A stretch of 64,000 nucleotides of DNA, from NCBI GenBank assembly GCA_024224415.1, contig JAAENK010000087.1, forward strand, positions 356 through 64,355, written 5' to 3'. Shown here piece after piece: positions 26,429-34,803 of the stretch. This stretch comes from Gammaproteobacteria bacterium. GTDB lineage: Bacteria; Pseudomonadota; Gammaproteobacteria; GCA-001735895. A program made the position numbers and the translations under genes. The first letter of the stretch is position 1; every line of letters starts with the position of its first letter. The notes under the pieces are model-generated. The model saw only the letters and a list, made by a program, of their open reading frames with translations, had not been told where the DNA came from and searched no databases.

Positions 26429-26697
26429 TTTATTCTCCTTAATTGTTTCAAATTGCATAACAGTAAATTTTACAGACTCTCGGTTAACGTGGCTTTCCGG
26501 AATCTGGATAATCCAGTATACGAGAATAGTAAAATGACTGCTATGACACTAACTTGCCATTGAATATATTGGATGTTTTTGTAATCGAAAGCGTCGACAT
26601 GGTTATCTGGGTAACATAAGTCAAGTGGAATTCGAAAACCAGATGGTTGGGCTTTCATAAGTGTCTATTTTTTAGGACAGTACTAAAGTGCCGAACC

Positions 26698-26736
26698 TTG
26701 CCGTCCAACAGCCCCTTCTTTGACGGCCGTTTTTTT
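26698..26736 (+). terminator. Weak intrinsic-terminator-like hairpin, + orientation
   Basis: GCCGTC-(16-nt loop)-GACGGC is followed by CG and T7. No supported + strand ORF lies upstream. It sits about 130 nt beyond the stop of the minus-strand DMFase-like operon. Confidence 0.25.
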
Positions 26737-26863
26737 GAGAAACCTGAAGAATTGAAAACCTGGATTTCGGCAGTCCTCACCCCCGAACCGCGCGAGATAT
26801 TACTCACCGCACACTGGATCAGAAGGAGACGTGTGAAATACTGCGATGGTGATCAGTGTTAGA

Positions 26864-29098
26864 TCAATCGGGCATAACAAAGGGCTTGTTATCCAAAAAC
26901 CGTCGAATTACATTCCTTGTTATTCGAGAAACGTTATTGTCATAATCATTGTGCGACAGGCTACCGCTCCATGAGATTGACCCAACTGAGAATACGCCAC
27001 CACCTCCTGGCGTTTCAAAGAATGTCATATCCGCCCGAACATTCGGGTTTTGCGTGCCATTCATGGCGCTATGATTAAAGCCACACTCGTCTGGTGCCAA
27101 ATAGGTATTTTCAGAATGACCTTCAGAACTGGCAACAACCAGAGTATGAGAGGGTGTTCCCATCATTGGGTCTACTGCATCAATTTCACCACCACTAGCT
27201 CCACCGCCAACAATACCGAAATCCCCGATTACTTCGTCATCGCCAATCCCTTCGAATATAAAGCTGGCTCTGGAATCAAAGCTCGCCTCTTTGCGCTTAT
27301 AATAACCGGAAGCATCAAATCCAACGGCAACCGTGCCAACACCAACCAAAGCCTGTGGTGGCATGCCAAGGCGTCGCCATAAGCCACCATATTCACCGGT
27401 AAATTCCAGATAGGATTCACCTGGTTCCTCATCACGGTATCGAATACCATCTTCCGGGCGGCGCAATTCAAGTATTCCGGGCATTTCAGATGACAGGGCA
27501 CAACGCCAGATAAAGCCATTTCCACCGAGATAAATTAAACGCCCCTTTCGTGCAAGATAAGCTCGCATCCCGTCCCACATGGGGGTGGTGTAATATTCAG
27601 GATGCGTACCGGTAAGCACTGCCTGATACTGATCGAGCAAAGACGCACCTTCCTGATGAAGATCCTCGTCTGTGATCACGTCATATTCTATGCCCTGATT
27701 TTCCAGCCAGCCCATAATGAGTGTATCGGCGTTAAAGCTCCATAAAGGGGTTTTTGCTGCCATATTAAGCACTGGGCGCAATCTCGAAGCATAGCGCACA
27801 CCACTACCGTCAGAATGAGTGTCATATGTCGAAAGCCCTAGCTCATTATGTTCTTGCAAAAAAACTTCGGTTTTTTCCAATGTCGCCCACATGGCTTCCG
27901 TCACTTCGCTGAAACGTTCATGGAATAACCAGTGATAATTCGAATAGGCCATATAGGTTACAGTGGATGCAAGAAAAGCGAGTTTTGACGTGGTGGTACC
28001 CCGAGGTGGCCGTACAAAGAAGGTCACATACCATTCATCATCGTCGGCCTTCAGACGTACCGCGTAAACACCGCTTCGCAGGTCATCGGGCACAATATAT
28101 TCGAAATCAGTTTCCCATCCGGCATCATAAAGATCATCATCATGGAAATGGGCAGCGCCATATTCTTGTGGCGCTTGTTTCCAATCCTGCTCAGCACCGC
28201 TCCAGTTATATCCCTTGCAACCGCGTGAAGGCAGATTGACGGTATATCCGTGAAGGCCGTTGGGACTAACATCACTTACCACATCAGTACCAATATCATG
28301 TGAAAAATCCCAGGCGCCAATCACATGCCTGTTTCGTTCGTGAGGAAGCGCATCCCAGGCAACCACAGATCGCTCTGCTGCTGACAAAATTCCTGCAGTT
28401 AATCTAGGACGATCGATCTTGCCATTAAAGTGACATTGAGACCCGGGTTTCCCATTAGCTTGCATCATAGGAAACGCTGCAAACATTAGCGGCGAATCTG
28501 TCGTGCCAACTTTACCGGGATTGATCTGTTTCGTTGCGATGGCAGCTTGATGGTTCTCATGATCGACATTTATGGGTTCCTGACAAACACTTATCTGCCC
28601 GCTCTTCGCATCATACAATCCAGAAACCAGATGCCAGCGTCGTGTTGCGAGGGGCTTGTCGATGCTGACCTCAGATACATTTCCGCTACCATCACCGACC
28701 TTCATGGCAAGGGCGCCGCTATCGTCAATTAACAGGGCAAATCCATGGGCCGGGTCATCCTGCCAATGGGTAATAATCCCCTGTTCACCCTTATCAGGCG
28801 TAGTTGGCCAAATCCAGGCCTGAACAGTAAAACTATCCAGCGTGGTAAATTCTGGACTATTGGGCAATACAGCATATGACCCACAGTCAATGGGCTGTAA
28901 CCTGCCTGTATATTCGCCACTAAAAGGTGCATCAATTTCTTCTTCCCGGTAGATGCCATGATCAGGGTTGGCATCACCACAGATGACACGAACCAGATCG
29001 GCATGATAGCGTTCAGAACCGTAGGTGCTCACCTTAACTTTGAGCACCTCTCCCGGGGCGATCACCCAGGCATTTAAGTAACCGAGTATCTTCTTCAT
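26864..29098 (-). CDS. N,N-dimethylformamidase large (beta) subunit homolog
   Basis: 744 aa, collinear with my recollection of Methylobacterium DmfA2. Matching blocks are ADLVRVICGDANP, WDFSHDIG, YAVRLKADDDEWYVTFFVRPPRG, LASTVTYMAYSNY, GLSTYDTHSDGSGVRYASRLRPVLNM, LTGTHPEYYT and SISWSGSLSHNDYDNNVSRITRNVIRRFLD. Confidence 0.8.
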   Translation of the reverse strand: MKKILGYLNAWVIAPGEVLKVKVSTYGSERYHADLVRVICGDANPDHGIYREEEIDAPFSGEYTGRLQPIDCGSYAVLPNSPEFTTLDSFTVQAWIWPTTPDKGEQGIITHWQDDPAHGFALLIDDSGALAMKVGDGSGNVSEVSIDKPLATRRWHLVSGLYDAKSGQISVCQEPINVDHENHQAAIATKQINPGKVGTTDSPLMFAAFPMMQANGKPGSQCHFNGKIDRPRLTAGILSAAERSVVAWDALPHERNRHVIGAWDFSHDIGTDVVSDVSPNGLHGYTVNLPSRGCKGYNWSGAEQDWKQAPQEYGAAHFHDDDLYDAGWETDFEYIVPDDLRSGVYAVRLKADDDEWYVTFFVRPPRGTTTSKLAFLASTVTYMAYSNYHWLFHERFSEVTEAMWATLEKTEVFLQEHNELGLSTYDTHSDGSGVRYASRLRPVLNMAAKTPLWSFNADTLIMGWLENQGIEYDVITDEDLHQEGASLLDQYQAVLTGTHPEYYTTPMWDGMRAYLARKGRLIYLGGNGFIWRCALSSEMPGILELRRPEDGIRYRDEEPGESYLEFTGEYGGLWRRLGMPPQALVGVGTVAVGFDASGYYKRKEASFDSRASFIFEGIGDDEVIGDFGIVGGGASGGEIDAVDPMMGTPSHTLVVASSEGHSENTYLAPDECGFNHSAMNGTQNPNVRADMTFFETPGGGGVFSVGSISWSGSLSHNDYDNNVSRITRNVIRRFLDNKPFVMPD

Positions 29099-29133
29099 AC
29101 TGCTTATTCCTTACCCCTTACCCCAAAAAACCA

Positions 29134-29433
29134 TTATGCTAAATCTACCCCGGTGACAGTTTGCCAACGCCTTTTAAATACTTCCCAAACTCCTCTGCTA
29201 TATTCGTCAAATACCTGGCCTTCTATAAGCTCCAATTTGGTGCCTCGTGTTGATGGCATTTTTGCCAAAACCCACTCACGGCCACGCCTGGTGCAAACCA
29301 GAATATGGCGATCGGCCATCGGCATTAAACGCAGCCGGTTTACAACAAGTGTGAGCTCCGGGCTATATGGCCCGTCGGGATTATTTCGAAACTCTTCAAC
29401 GAGATCCATTCTAGATGGGTCAATTTTATGCAT
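29134..29433 (-). CDS. Small protein; candidate DMFase small (alpha) subunit equivalent
   Basis: 99 aa, located 35 nt upstream of the large-subunit gene, matching the small-then-large order of dmfA1-dmfA2. The call rests mainly on position and size. A loose by-eye resemblance to the known small subunit is recalled only uncertainly. Confidence 0.4.
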   Translation of the reverse strand: MHKIDPSRMDLVEEFRNNPDGPYSPELTLVVNRLRLMPMADRHILVCTRRGREWVLAKMPSTRGTKLELIEGQVFDEYSRGVWEVFKRRWQTVTGVDLA

Positions 29434-29481
29434 CGGACAATCCTGTTCAGGTTCTGTATTGAAACGACAAACTTGGTCGCG

Positions 29482-30726
29482 TTATTCTCCTACAACAACT
29501 AGTTCCAATGGGGTCTTCAGAGGCTGAAACGCCGTATCTGCCTTGAACATCAGGGTATCAATATAATAGGTAATGCCCGACATCCGGGGTGAGAAAAACT
29601 GGCTCTCGAAATTAACAACCGTACCTGGTTCAAAAATCTTGTCAGTATCTGTATCGCTCATCTCGTAGACATAACCGCCAAGCCAGTCGGGAGGAAACGC
29701 AAGGCCGAGTTCATAGCCACCGACCCAGCCGGCATCGGACCAGATTCCTACTTCGTCGTAATAGGCCCGGGTCGTCTTGATGAGCTCTGCAACCGGCAGG
29801 TTGGGGCGCAGCATATCGGCGATCACGTCGAAAACACCGGTCGACAACCGGTGATACTCCTTCACATCCCTGGCGGGCTCACCAACATGGAAAGACCGAC
29901 CGGCATTGCAATGATAGCGCTCGAACACGCCACTGATGTCGATATTGACTTGTTCGCCAGCTCGAATCACCCTGCGGCTGGGCATTGAATGTCCGCAATT
30001 GGCTTTTAGCCCGGAATTCACCGGCAGGGTGATTCCAGCGACTTCGCCACCAGCCTTCGACATTGCATCAATCATTGCGCCGTAAACGTCGAGCTCGGTA
30101 GCACCTGCTCGGATGGTATCCCTGGCCGCCTGAAAACCGATGTCAGTAATTTCCCCGGCCTTTTCTATACAGGCGATCTCGGCATCCGATTTGACCCAGC
30201 GCATGTCACGTAGAATATCGCTGCCATCAGTAACACTCATCCCCGCGCTCTCGAAGGCATCGCGGAAGCGTTGACTGATTACCGGATTGGGCCGATAACT
30301 GTGGAACTCCATACCGACCCGACCAGAAGACGTCCAGCCCCTCGCTTTCAACTCATCGATGATGAAGGAAATACCATCGCGGCGTCCCTCAATGGGAAAA
30401 GCCCGGATGTCTTTCGCACAGGTTACGAAGCGGCACATGATGGCTTCGCTGGGTGTGTCGAACAGAATGAAGTCGTCATGATCCTTGTGAATCGCTATGC
30501 CGCTTGTGGCGGGCCATCGTTTGGGGCTCTGGGCCTGATACCAGATGCACTTATAGCCACTCACATAGTAGAGGCTCTCTGGCGACATGAGCCACAAGAC
30601 ATCGATGCCCTCATCTTCCATACGCGCGCGAATTCGCTGTAAGCGTTGCTGATACTCTTCAAGGCTAAACGCCAGCTCCATCTCTGGTTGGCATTCCTCA
30701 AGGGCAAGATCACGATTAATACCCAA
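29482..30726 (-). CDS. M24-family hydrolase with a creatinase/prolidase N-terminal domain (creatinase / ectoine-hydrolase-like)
   Basis: 414 aa. The N-terminal domain (FSLEEYQQRLQRIRARMEDEGIDVLWL) is followed by a pita-bread C-domain (GEQVNIDISGVFERYHCNAGRSF ... FEPGTVVNFES). The canonical metal ligands appear only partly conserved. Confidence 0.78.
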   Translation of the reverse strand: MGINRDLALEECQPEMELAFSLEEYQQRLQRIRARMEDEGIDVLWLMSPESLYYVSGYKCIWYQAQSPKRWPATSGIAIHKDHDDFILFDTPSEAIMCRFVTCAKDIRAFPIEGRRDGISFIIDELKARGWTSSGRVGMEFHSYRPNPVISQRFRDAFESAGMSVTDGSDILRDMRWVKSDAEIACIEKAGEITDIGFQAARDTIRAGATELDVYGAMIDAMSKAGGEVAGITLPVNSGLKANCGHSMPSRRVIRAGEQVNIDISGVFERYHCNAGRSFHVGEPARDVKEYHRLSTGVFDVIADMLRPNLPVAELIKTTRAYYDEVGIWSDAGWVGGYELGLAFPPDWLGGYVYEMSDTDTDKIFEPGTVVNFESQFFSPRMSGITYYIDTLMFKADTAFQPLKTPLELVVVGE

Positions 30727-30834
30727 TGGCTGTCTCCTTCATTTCTACATATTATTAGACTGATTCAATAATAGTGTGTCGTATTTTTGTTGTAACTGTA
30801 ATATCACAATTGAGACATAAGAAATATAGCCTCC

Positions 30835-30954
30835 TCAGGAAAATTCGTGGGTAATTATCGGCACGGGTAACGCCTCAAGTGCATGAAATAAGGCGATTTC
30901 AGCCGCTTTATAGGTCCGAAAACCATAAGGTTTTCTGGTAGTCAGTTTTGCTTT
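30835..30954 (-). mobile_element. Relic of a DDE transposase C-terminus (ISL3-family-like), about 39 codons including the stop
   Basis: Reverse translation gives KAKLTTRKPYGFRTYKAAEIALFHALEALPVPIITHEFS*. This matches the conserved ISL3-type tail pattern N-x-K-x-K-x-x-x-R-x-x-YGFR...ALYH.LG.LPEP..TH.F. There is no upstream remainder and no start codon. Confidence 0.5.
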
Positions 30955-31125
30955 CAAATATGGGGACAGTTTACTTATATAAACCAATACTCCCGTAATT
31001 AGGTAAACTGTCTTCGTAATCCGTAATACCGATCACGTAATACCAGTCAGCAAGTAGATTGATAGCCGGACCTCAAAACTGGTTTATACTCGGCCCGTGA
31101 CTAAGAGTGAAACGATTCTCACAGC

Positions 31126-31480
31126 ATGACTACTCTCGAACGGCGGTTCCAGGTTGAAGTGCTCTCCGACCTCGCATGGGATGAATTCCTGCGTCGATTC
31201 TGGCATGCGGAGGAACTCGGTTTCGACCTCGCAACGACAGCGGACCAATTTGTTGACTGGAAAAATCCTTATGTACCCTGGTTTGATGTTCGACGCTAAT
31301 GCCCGGGAGAGCGGTGGGTATTTGTTTTATTGGGAGTCTGCCGAGCGTTTTGCTGATGTGGCGGGACAGATTCTGGATCTGGGGTTCAATGAAATTGGCG
31401 TTTACTACCCCATCAATGCTCAGCAAGAAGTGTTCGAGCGCGTCGCAACCGATGTGATGCCAGCCTTACCCCAACCTTAA
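31126..31480 (+). pseudogene. Luciferase-like monooxygenase (LLM-class, F420/FMN-dependent) pseudogene with an internal deletion and frameshift
   Basis: Frame 1 from ATG 31126 reads MTTLERRFQVEVLSDLAWDEFLRRFWHAEELGFDLATTADQFVDWKNPYVPWFDVRR*, an LLM N-terminus. A second frame then reads ..[55 protein letters not shown], an LLM C-terminus. About 200 central codons are missing. The track ORF at 31154..31480 is a chimera of off-frame and in-frame parts. Confidence 0.6.
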
Positions 31481-32512
31481 ACCCGACTCGGTCATTTGGT
31501 ATTCAAAAAACCCAGCATCAGTGCCTTTACCTTTTCGGACATGTATTTTCTGTTGTGCTAGCTGCATGACAACAGTGCCTACTGTACCCAGTTCCTGTAC
31601 TGACTCATCGGCTACATAGTTACGATAAACAGGGAATTCCTGATTCGAGTCATCCGACAATAAATCAAGCATGGTTTCCAAATTATGCTCTTTCGTGCTG
31701 GATAATATCTCGGTAGCTTTATTGAAGCGGGCATAAGAGCTGAAAAAAGCAGGATCGTTGGCCGAGTTAATTTCATCACCTAGATAGTGATTGGTATGAA
31801 TCAGCGTATTAGCCACGGGATCCAGACGATAATACTCATCACCACAAAATTCCATATCAAAACCGTTACCGCTGACATCGGCAACGATAATATTGCTGGC
31901 TTTACCGTTGCTATGTTGGGCCAGCAAAGACTCCACCTGGCTGAGTGATTTGCAATCCAGAATAGCGCGTAAGACGATATGTACCGGCAACCCGTTTAGC
32001 GCCTGGCCCAGAGTTAAAATGTTTAGACAGACCCCGAGGCCGCAGCTGTTCATGCCGATTTTGCCGATAATTCCAGGCTCTGTCATTATTGCGATTGCAT
32101 GACCATCGGGCTGCATAATATTCATCAATACGGTGAGGGATTCGAGCGCTTTACCCCAGTCCCAGTTTTGACCAAGAATTGATTGTTCGTGGAAATACAC
32201 TGCAGTGCATTCATTACTCACCACGTTATTGCGAGAGAGGATTTCAGTACGGGCGTTTAGTGCAAATACCCAGGCAGGTTCGACATTGGCGGCCCTGGCA
32301 ATTGCGACTATTTCATCGACATAATCCGGCTCGAAATCACCAATAATTTTTTGGAAAAAATAAGCAAGTCTGAAGATTTCCGCTTTCGGTAAATTAAAAA
32401 TTGAGTGGTAGAAATCGATGGTTTGCGCAATTTCGGATTTGAGTATTTCGCCATGCTGTTCACCACGCTCGGAGGGGGTGCCGGAAATATGCACAAGCGG
32501 GAACTGGCTCAT
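31466..32512 (-). CDS. Peptidase C45 / acyl-CoA:6-aminopenicillanic-acid acyltransferase-like Ntn-hydrolase family protein
   Basis: From [22 protein letters not shown], a typical C45 N-terminus, with the candidate nucleophile context SNECTAVYF and QNWDW. The ATG overlaps the pgi stop as ATGA. The arginine-rich track extension to 32629 lies inside pgi and was rejected. Confidence 0.72.
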   Translation of the reverse strand: MSQFPLVHISGTPSERGEQHGEILKSEIAQTIDFYHSIFNLPKAEIFRLAYFFQKIIGDFEPDYVDEIVAIARAANVEPAWVFALNARTEILSRNNVVSNECTAVYFHEQSILGQNWDWGKALESLTVLMNIMQPDGHAIAIMTEPGIIGKIGMNSCGLGVCLNILTLGQALNGLPVHIVLRAILDCKSLSQVESLLAQHSNGKASNIIVADVSGNGFDMEFCGDEYYRLDPVANTLIHTNHYLGDEINSANDPAFFSSYARFNKATEILSSTKEHNLETMLDLLSDDSNQEFPVYRNYVADESVQELGTVGTVVMQLAQQKIHVRKGKGTDAGFFEYQMTESGLRLG

Positions 32513-34125
32513 TGTTTTACATACTTTATCAAGGCCCGGGTTGAAGCATCGTGTCGCGCGTCTGTTTCCTCTCCTCGCAGTTCGGCGTCGATGGTTTTGG
32601 CGAGTTGTTTGCCGAGTTCGACGCCCCATTGATCGAATGAATTGATATTCCAGATTGCCCCCTGCACGAATACTTTATGTTCATAAAGCGCAATCAATGC
32701 ACCTAGTGTACGCGGATCAAGCTTCTGGAACAGTATGGTGTTGCTCGGGCGGTTACCGCTAAAGATCTTATGCGGTAGAAGCCGTTCGGTAGTCTCGTTG
32801 TCGAGCCCTTCAGCCGCGAGTTCGGCGCGCGCCTCGGCTTCGGTTTTACCGCGCATCAAGGCTTCGGATTGGGCGATGCAATTCGCCAGTAATAAGCGGT
32901 GATGATCTCCCACCTGGTTCTGGCTATGTACCGCCGCGAGAAAATCTACCGGAATTAAACACGTGCCCTGATGCAGTAGTTGAAAAAATGCATGCTGGCC
33001 ATTGGTGCCAGGTTCACCCCAGATGACTGGGCCTGTGTGGTAGTCTTCGATAGTCTCACCATTGCGCCTCGTCGATTTGCCATTGCTTTCCATATCGAGT
33101 TGTTGCAAATAGGCTGGGAAGCGATACAGGTACTGGTCATAGGGTGCGATTGCATGAGTCTCAGCATCAAAAAAATTGTGATACCAGATGCCGAGCAGGC
33201 CCAGTATCACTGGCATATTCTGTTCGAGCGGTGCATTCTGGAAGTGTTGATCCATCATCTCTGCGCCTGCCAGTAACTCGCGGAATCGGGGCATACCGAT
33301 AGCAATCGCGAGTGATAATCCAATCGCCGAGCACAGTGAGTAACGTCCGCCTACCCAGTCCCAGAACTCAAACATATTATCTGTATCGATGCCGAACTCG
33401 GCGACTTTTTCCGCATTGGTGGAAACCGCGACGAAATGCCTGGCGATAGCGTTTTCATCGCCGACCTGGCGCATAAACCAGTCGCGCGCGGTATGCGCAT
33501 TGGTCAAGGTCTCCTGGGTGGTAAAAGTCTTTGAAGCGATTATAAACAGGGTCGATTCCGGCTTCAGTAGCTTCAAAGTCTCGCAAACCTGGCTACTATC
33601 GACGTTGGACACAAAGTGAACTTTTATATCATCCTGTTGATAGGGCTTGAGAGCTTCGCAGGCCATCATCGGGCCAAGGTCTGAGCCGCCGATGCCGATG
33701 TTGACGACGTCGTGAATGCGATGGTCGGAAGAACCCCGCCAGCTACCGTCACGCACCGAAGCGCTAAACCGCTCCATTTTATCCAGTACCGAACCGACAT
33801 CGGGTTTGAAGTCGCTAGCATTCAGATTTCGCAGCGCGCTGTGCAATACCGCGCGTTGTTCGGTATTGTTGATGGCTTCACCGGTAAACATGCGGTCGCG
33901 TAATTCCGTCACCCCGGTTTCACGAGCCAGTTGCATGAGCAGGCTAAGGGTTTCATCGGTGACCAGGTTCTTGGAGTAATCGAGCAATAGGTCGCCGACA
34001 CTTAACGAAAATTTATCGGCGCGTGATTCATCCTGATCGAATAAATCACGTAGGTGAAGATGGTTACGTTGCTGTTGGTGAGCGGCCAGTGCCCGCCACG
34101 CTGGTTTTGCCGTCGGTGAACTCAT
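32509..34125 (-). CDS. pgi: Glucose-6-phosphate isomerase
   Basis: 538 aa with canonical PGI blocks ([66 protein letters not shown]). Confidence 0.96.
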   Translation of the reverse strand: MSSPTAKPAWRALAAHQQQRNHLHLRDLFDQDESRADKFSLSVGDLLLDYSKNLVTDETLSLLMQLARETGVTELRDRMFTGEAINNTEQRAVLHSALRNLNASDFKPDVGSVLDKMERFSASVRDGSWRGSSDHRIHDVVNIGIGGSDLGPMMACEALKPYQQDDIKVHFVSNVDSSQVCETLKLLKPESTLFIIASKTFTTQETLTNAHTARDWFMRQVGDENAIARHFVAVSTNAEKVAEFGIDTDNMFEFWDWVGGRYSLCSAIGLSLAIAIGMPRFRELLAGAEMMDQHFQNAPLEQNMPVILGLLGIWYHNFFDAETHAIAPYDQYLYRFPAYLQQLDMESNGKSTRRNGETIEDYHTGPVIWGEPGTNGQHAFFQLLHQGTCLIPVDFLAAVHSQNQVGDHHRLLLANCIAQSEALMRGKTEAEARAELAAEGLDNETTERLLPHKIFSGNRPSNTILFQKLDPRTLGALIALYEHKVFVQGAIWNINSFDQWGVELGKQLAKTIDAELRGEETDARHDASTRALIKYVKQ

Positions 34126-34209
34126 GGAGCTATTATGTCAGGTCAACGCATTGTGTGCATTATGCGATGATAGTCGTCCACCTCAAACTATTATGATAAA
34201 AAAACCTTA

Positions 34210-34371
34210 TCAGCTGGAAAAAATATCAGACATGTTATCTATTGCCTCGCGTTTCCACCTGGCGACCAGATTTGGATTGACTGAGTGCTTGGCAGCAACC
34301 TGGGATAGTGTGAGTTCACTATTCAGTGCTTCCAGTGCCACCTTTGCTTTAAATTCTGCAGTATGGGTCTC
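34210..34371 (-). mobile_element. IS3-family transposase OrfA N-terminal relic (HTH region only)
   Basis: ETHTAEFKAKVALEALNSELTLSQVAAKHSVNPNLVARWKREAIDNMSDIFSS* matches the conserved IS3 OrfA start pattern (..(S/T)xEFKAKVALEAL.GE.TL.ELA....VHPN.(I/V)..WK+..). The rest of orfA, orfB and both inverted repeats are absent. Confidence 0.6.
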
Positions 34372-34800
34372 ATTTTCTAACGAGCCACCTTCGAGTTCCT
34401 GCAGGCTATCGGTGTCGTTGTGTACGATGGCGTCGAATTCGATTTCCACCATCATGCCTGGGGTGGTCAAGCCAGCCTGTACGCCGGTCAGGGTGGGTTC
34501 AATGCCTTTGAAGACTTCACCGTGTACTTTGATAAATCCACCGGCGTCGCGCATATCGGTAATGTAGGCACGGGTGCGCACCACGTGCGCCAGTTCAGAA
34601 CCAACGGCCTGTAAGGCTTCTTCCATTTTATTGATGATGTATCTGGTTTGCTCCTCAGTATCGTAAGGCGCGAAGACCGTGCCATCGCTTTGCATGGATG
34701 TGGTTCCAGAGATGAATACGAATGGTCCGACGCGCTTGGACCGTGCGTAAGAGGCAACTTTTTCCAGGCGTCCACCGCCCGATGCGTTCATGATAATCAT
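34210..34800 (-). CDS. RidA/YjgF-family protein whose reading frame runs on into an IS3-family orfA stub
   Basis: Residues 1-128 or so are RidA-like (FISGTTS..., EQTRYIINKMEEALQAVGSELAHVVRTRAYITDM, PGMMVEIEFDAIV). The last 53 aa are transposase-derived; see the next feature. Confidence 0.75.
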   Translation of the reverse strand: MIIMNASGGGRLEKVASYARSKRVGPFVFISGTTSMQSDGTVFAPYDTEEQTRYIINKMEEALQAVGSELAHVVRTRAYITDMRDAGGFIKVHGEVFKGIEPTLTGVQAGLTTPGMMVEIEFDAIVHNDTDSLQELEGGSLENETHTAEFKAKVALEALNSELTLSQVAAKHSVNPNLVARWKREAIDNMSDIFSS

Positions 34801-34803
34801 TAG

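Noticed and set aside
26470-26658. A 62-aa minus-strand ORF downstream of the DMFase-like operon, upstream of the lipoprotein gene, and the opposite-strand 71-aa ORF at 26647..26862.
   Set aside because: Neither has a recognisable family or a convincing ribosome-binding site. One hydrophobic segment is not sufficient evidence. I treat the region as non-coding or decayed pending expression or conservation data.
32513-32629. An arginine-rich N-terminal extension ([24 protein letters not shown]...) of the C45 ORF.
   Set aside because: It lies inside the pgi coding region in another frame. The family-typical N-terminus [13 protein letters not shown] starts exactly at the ATGA junction with the pgi stop.
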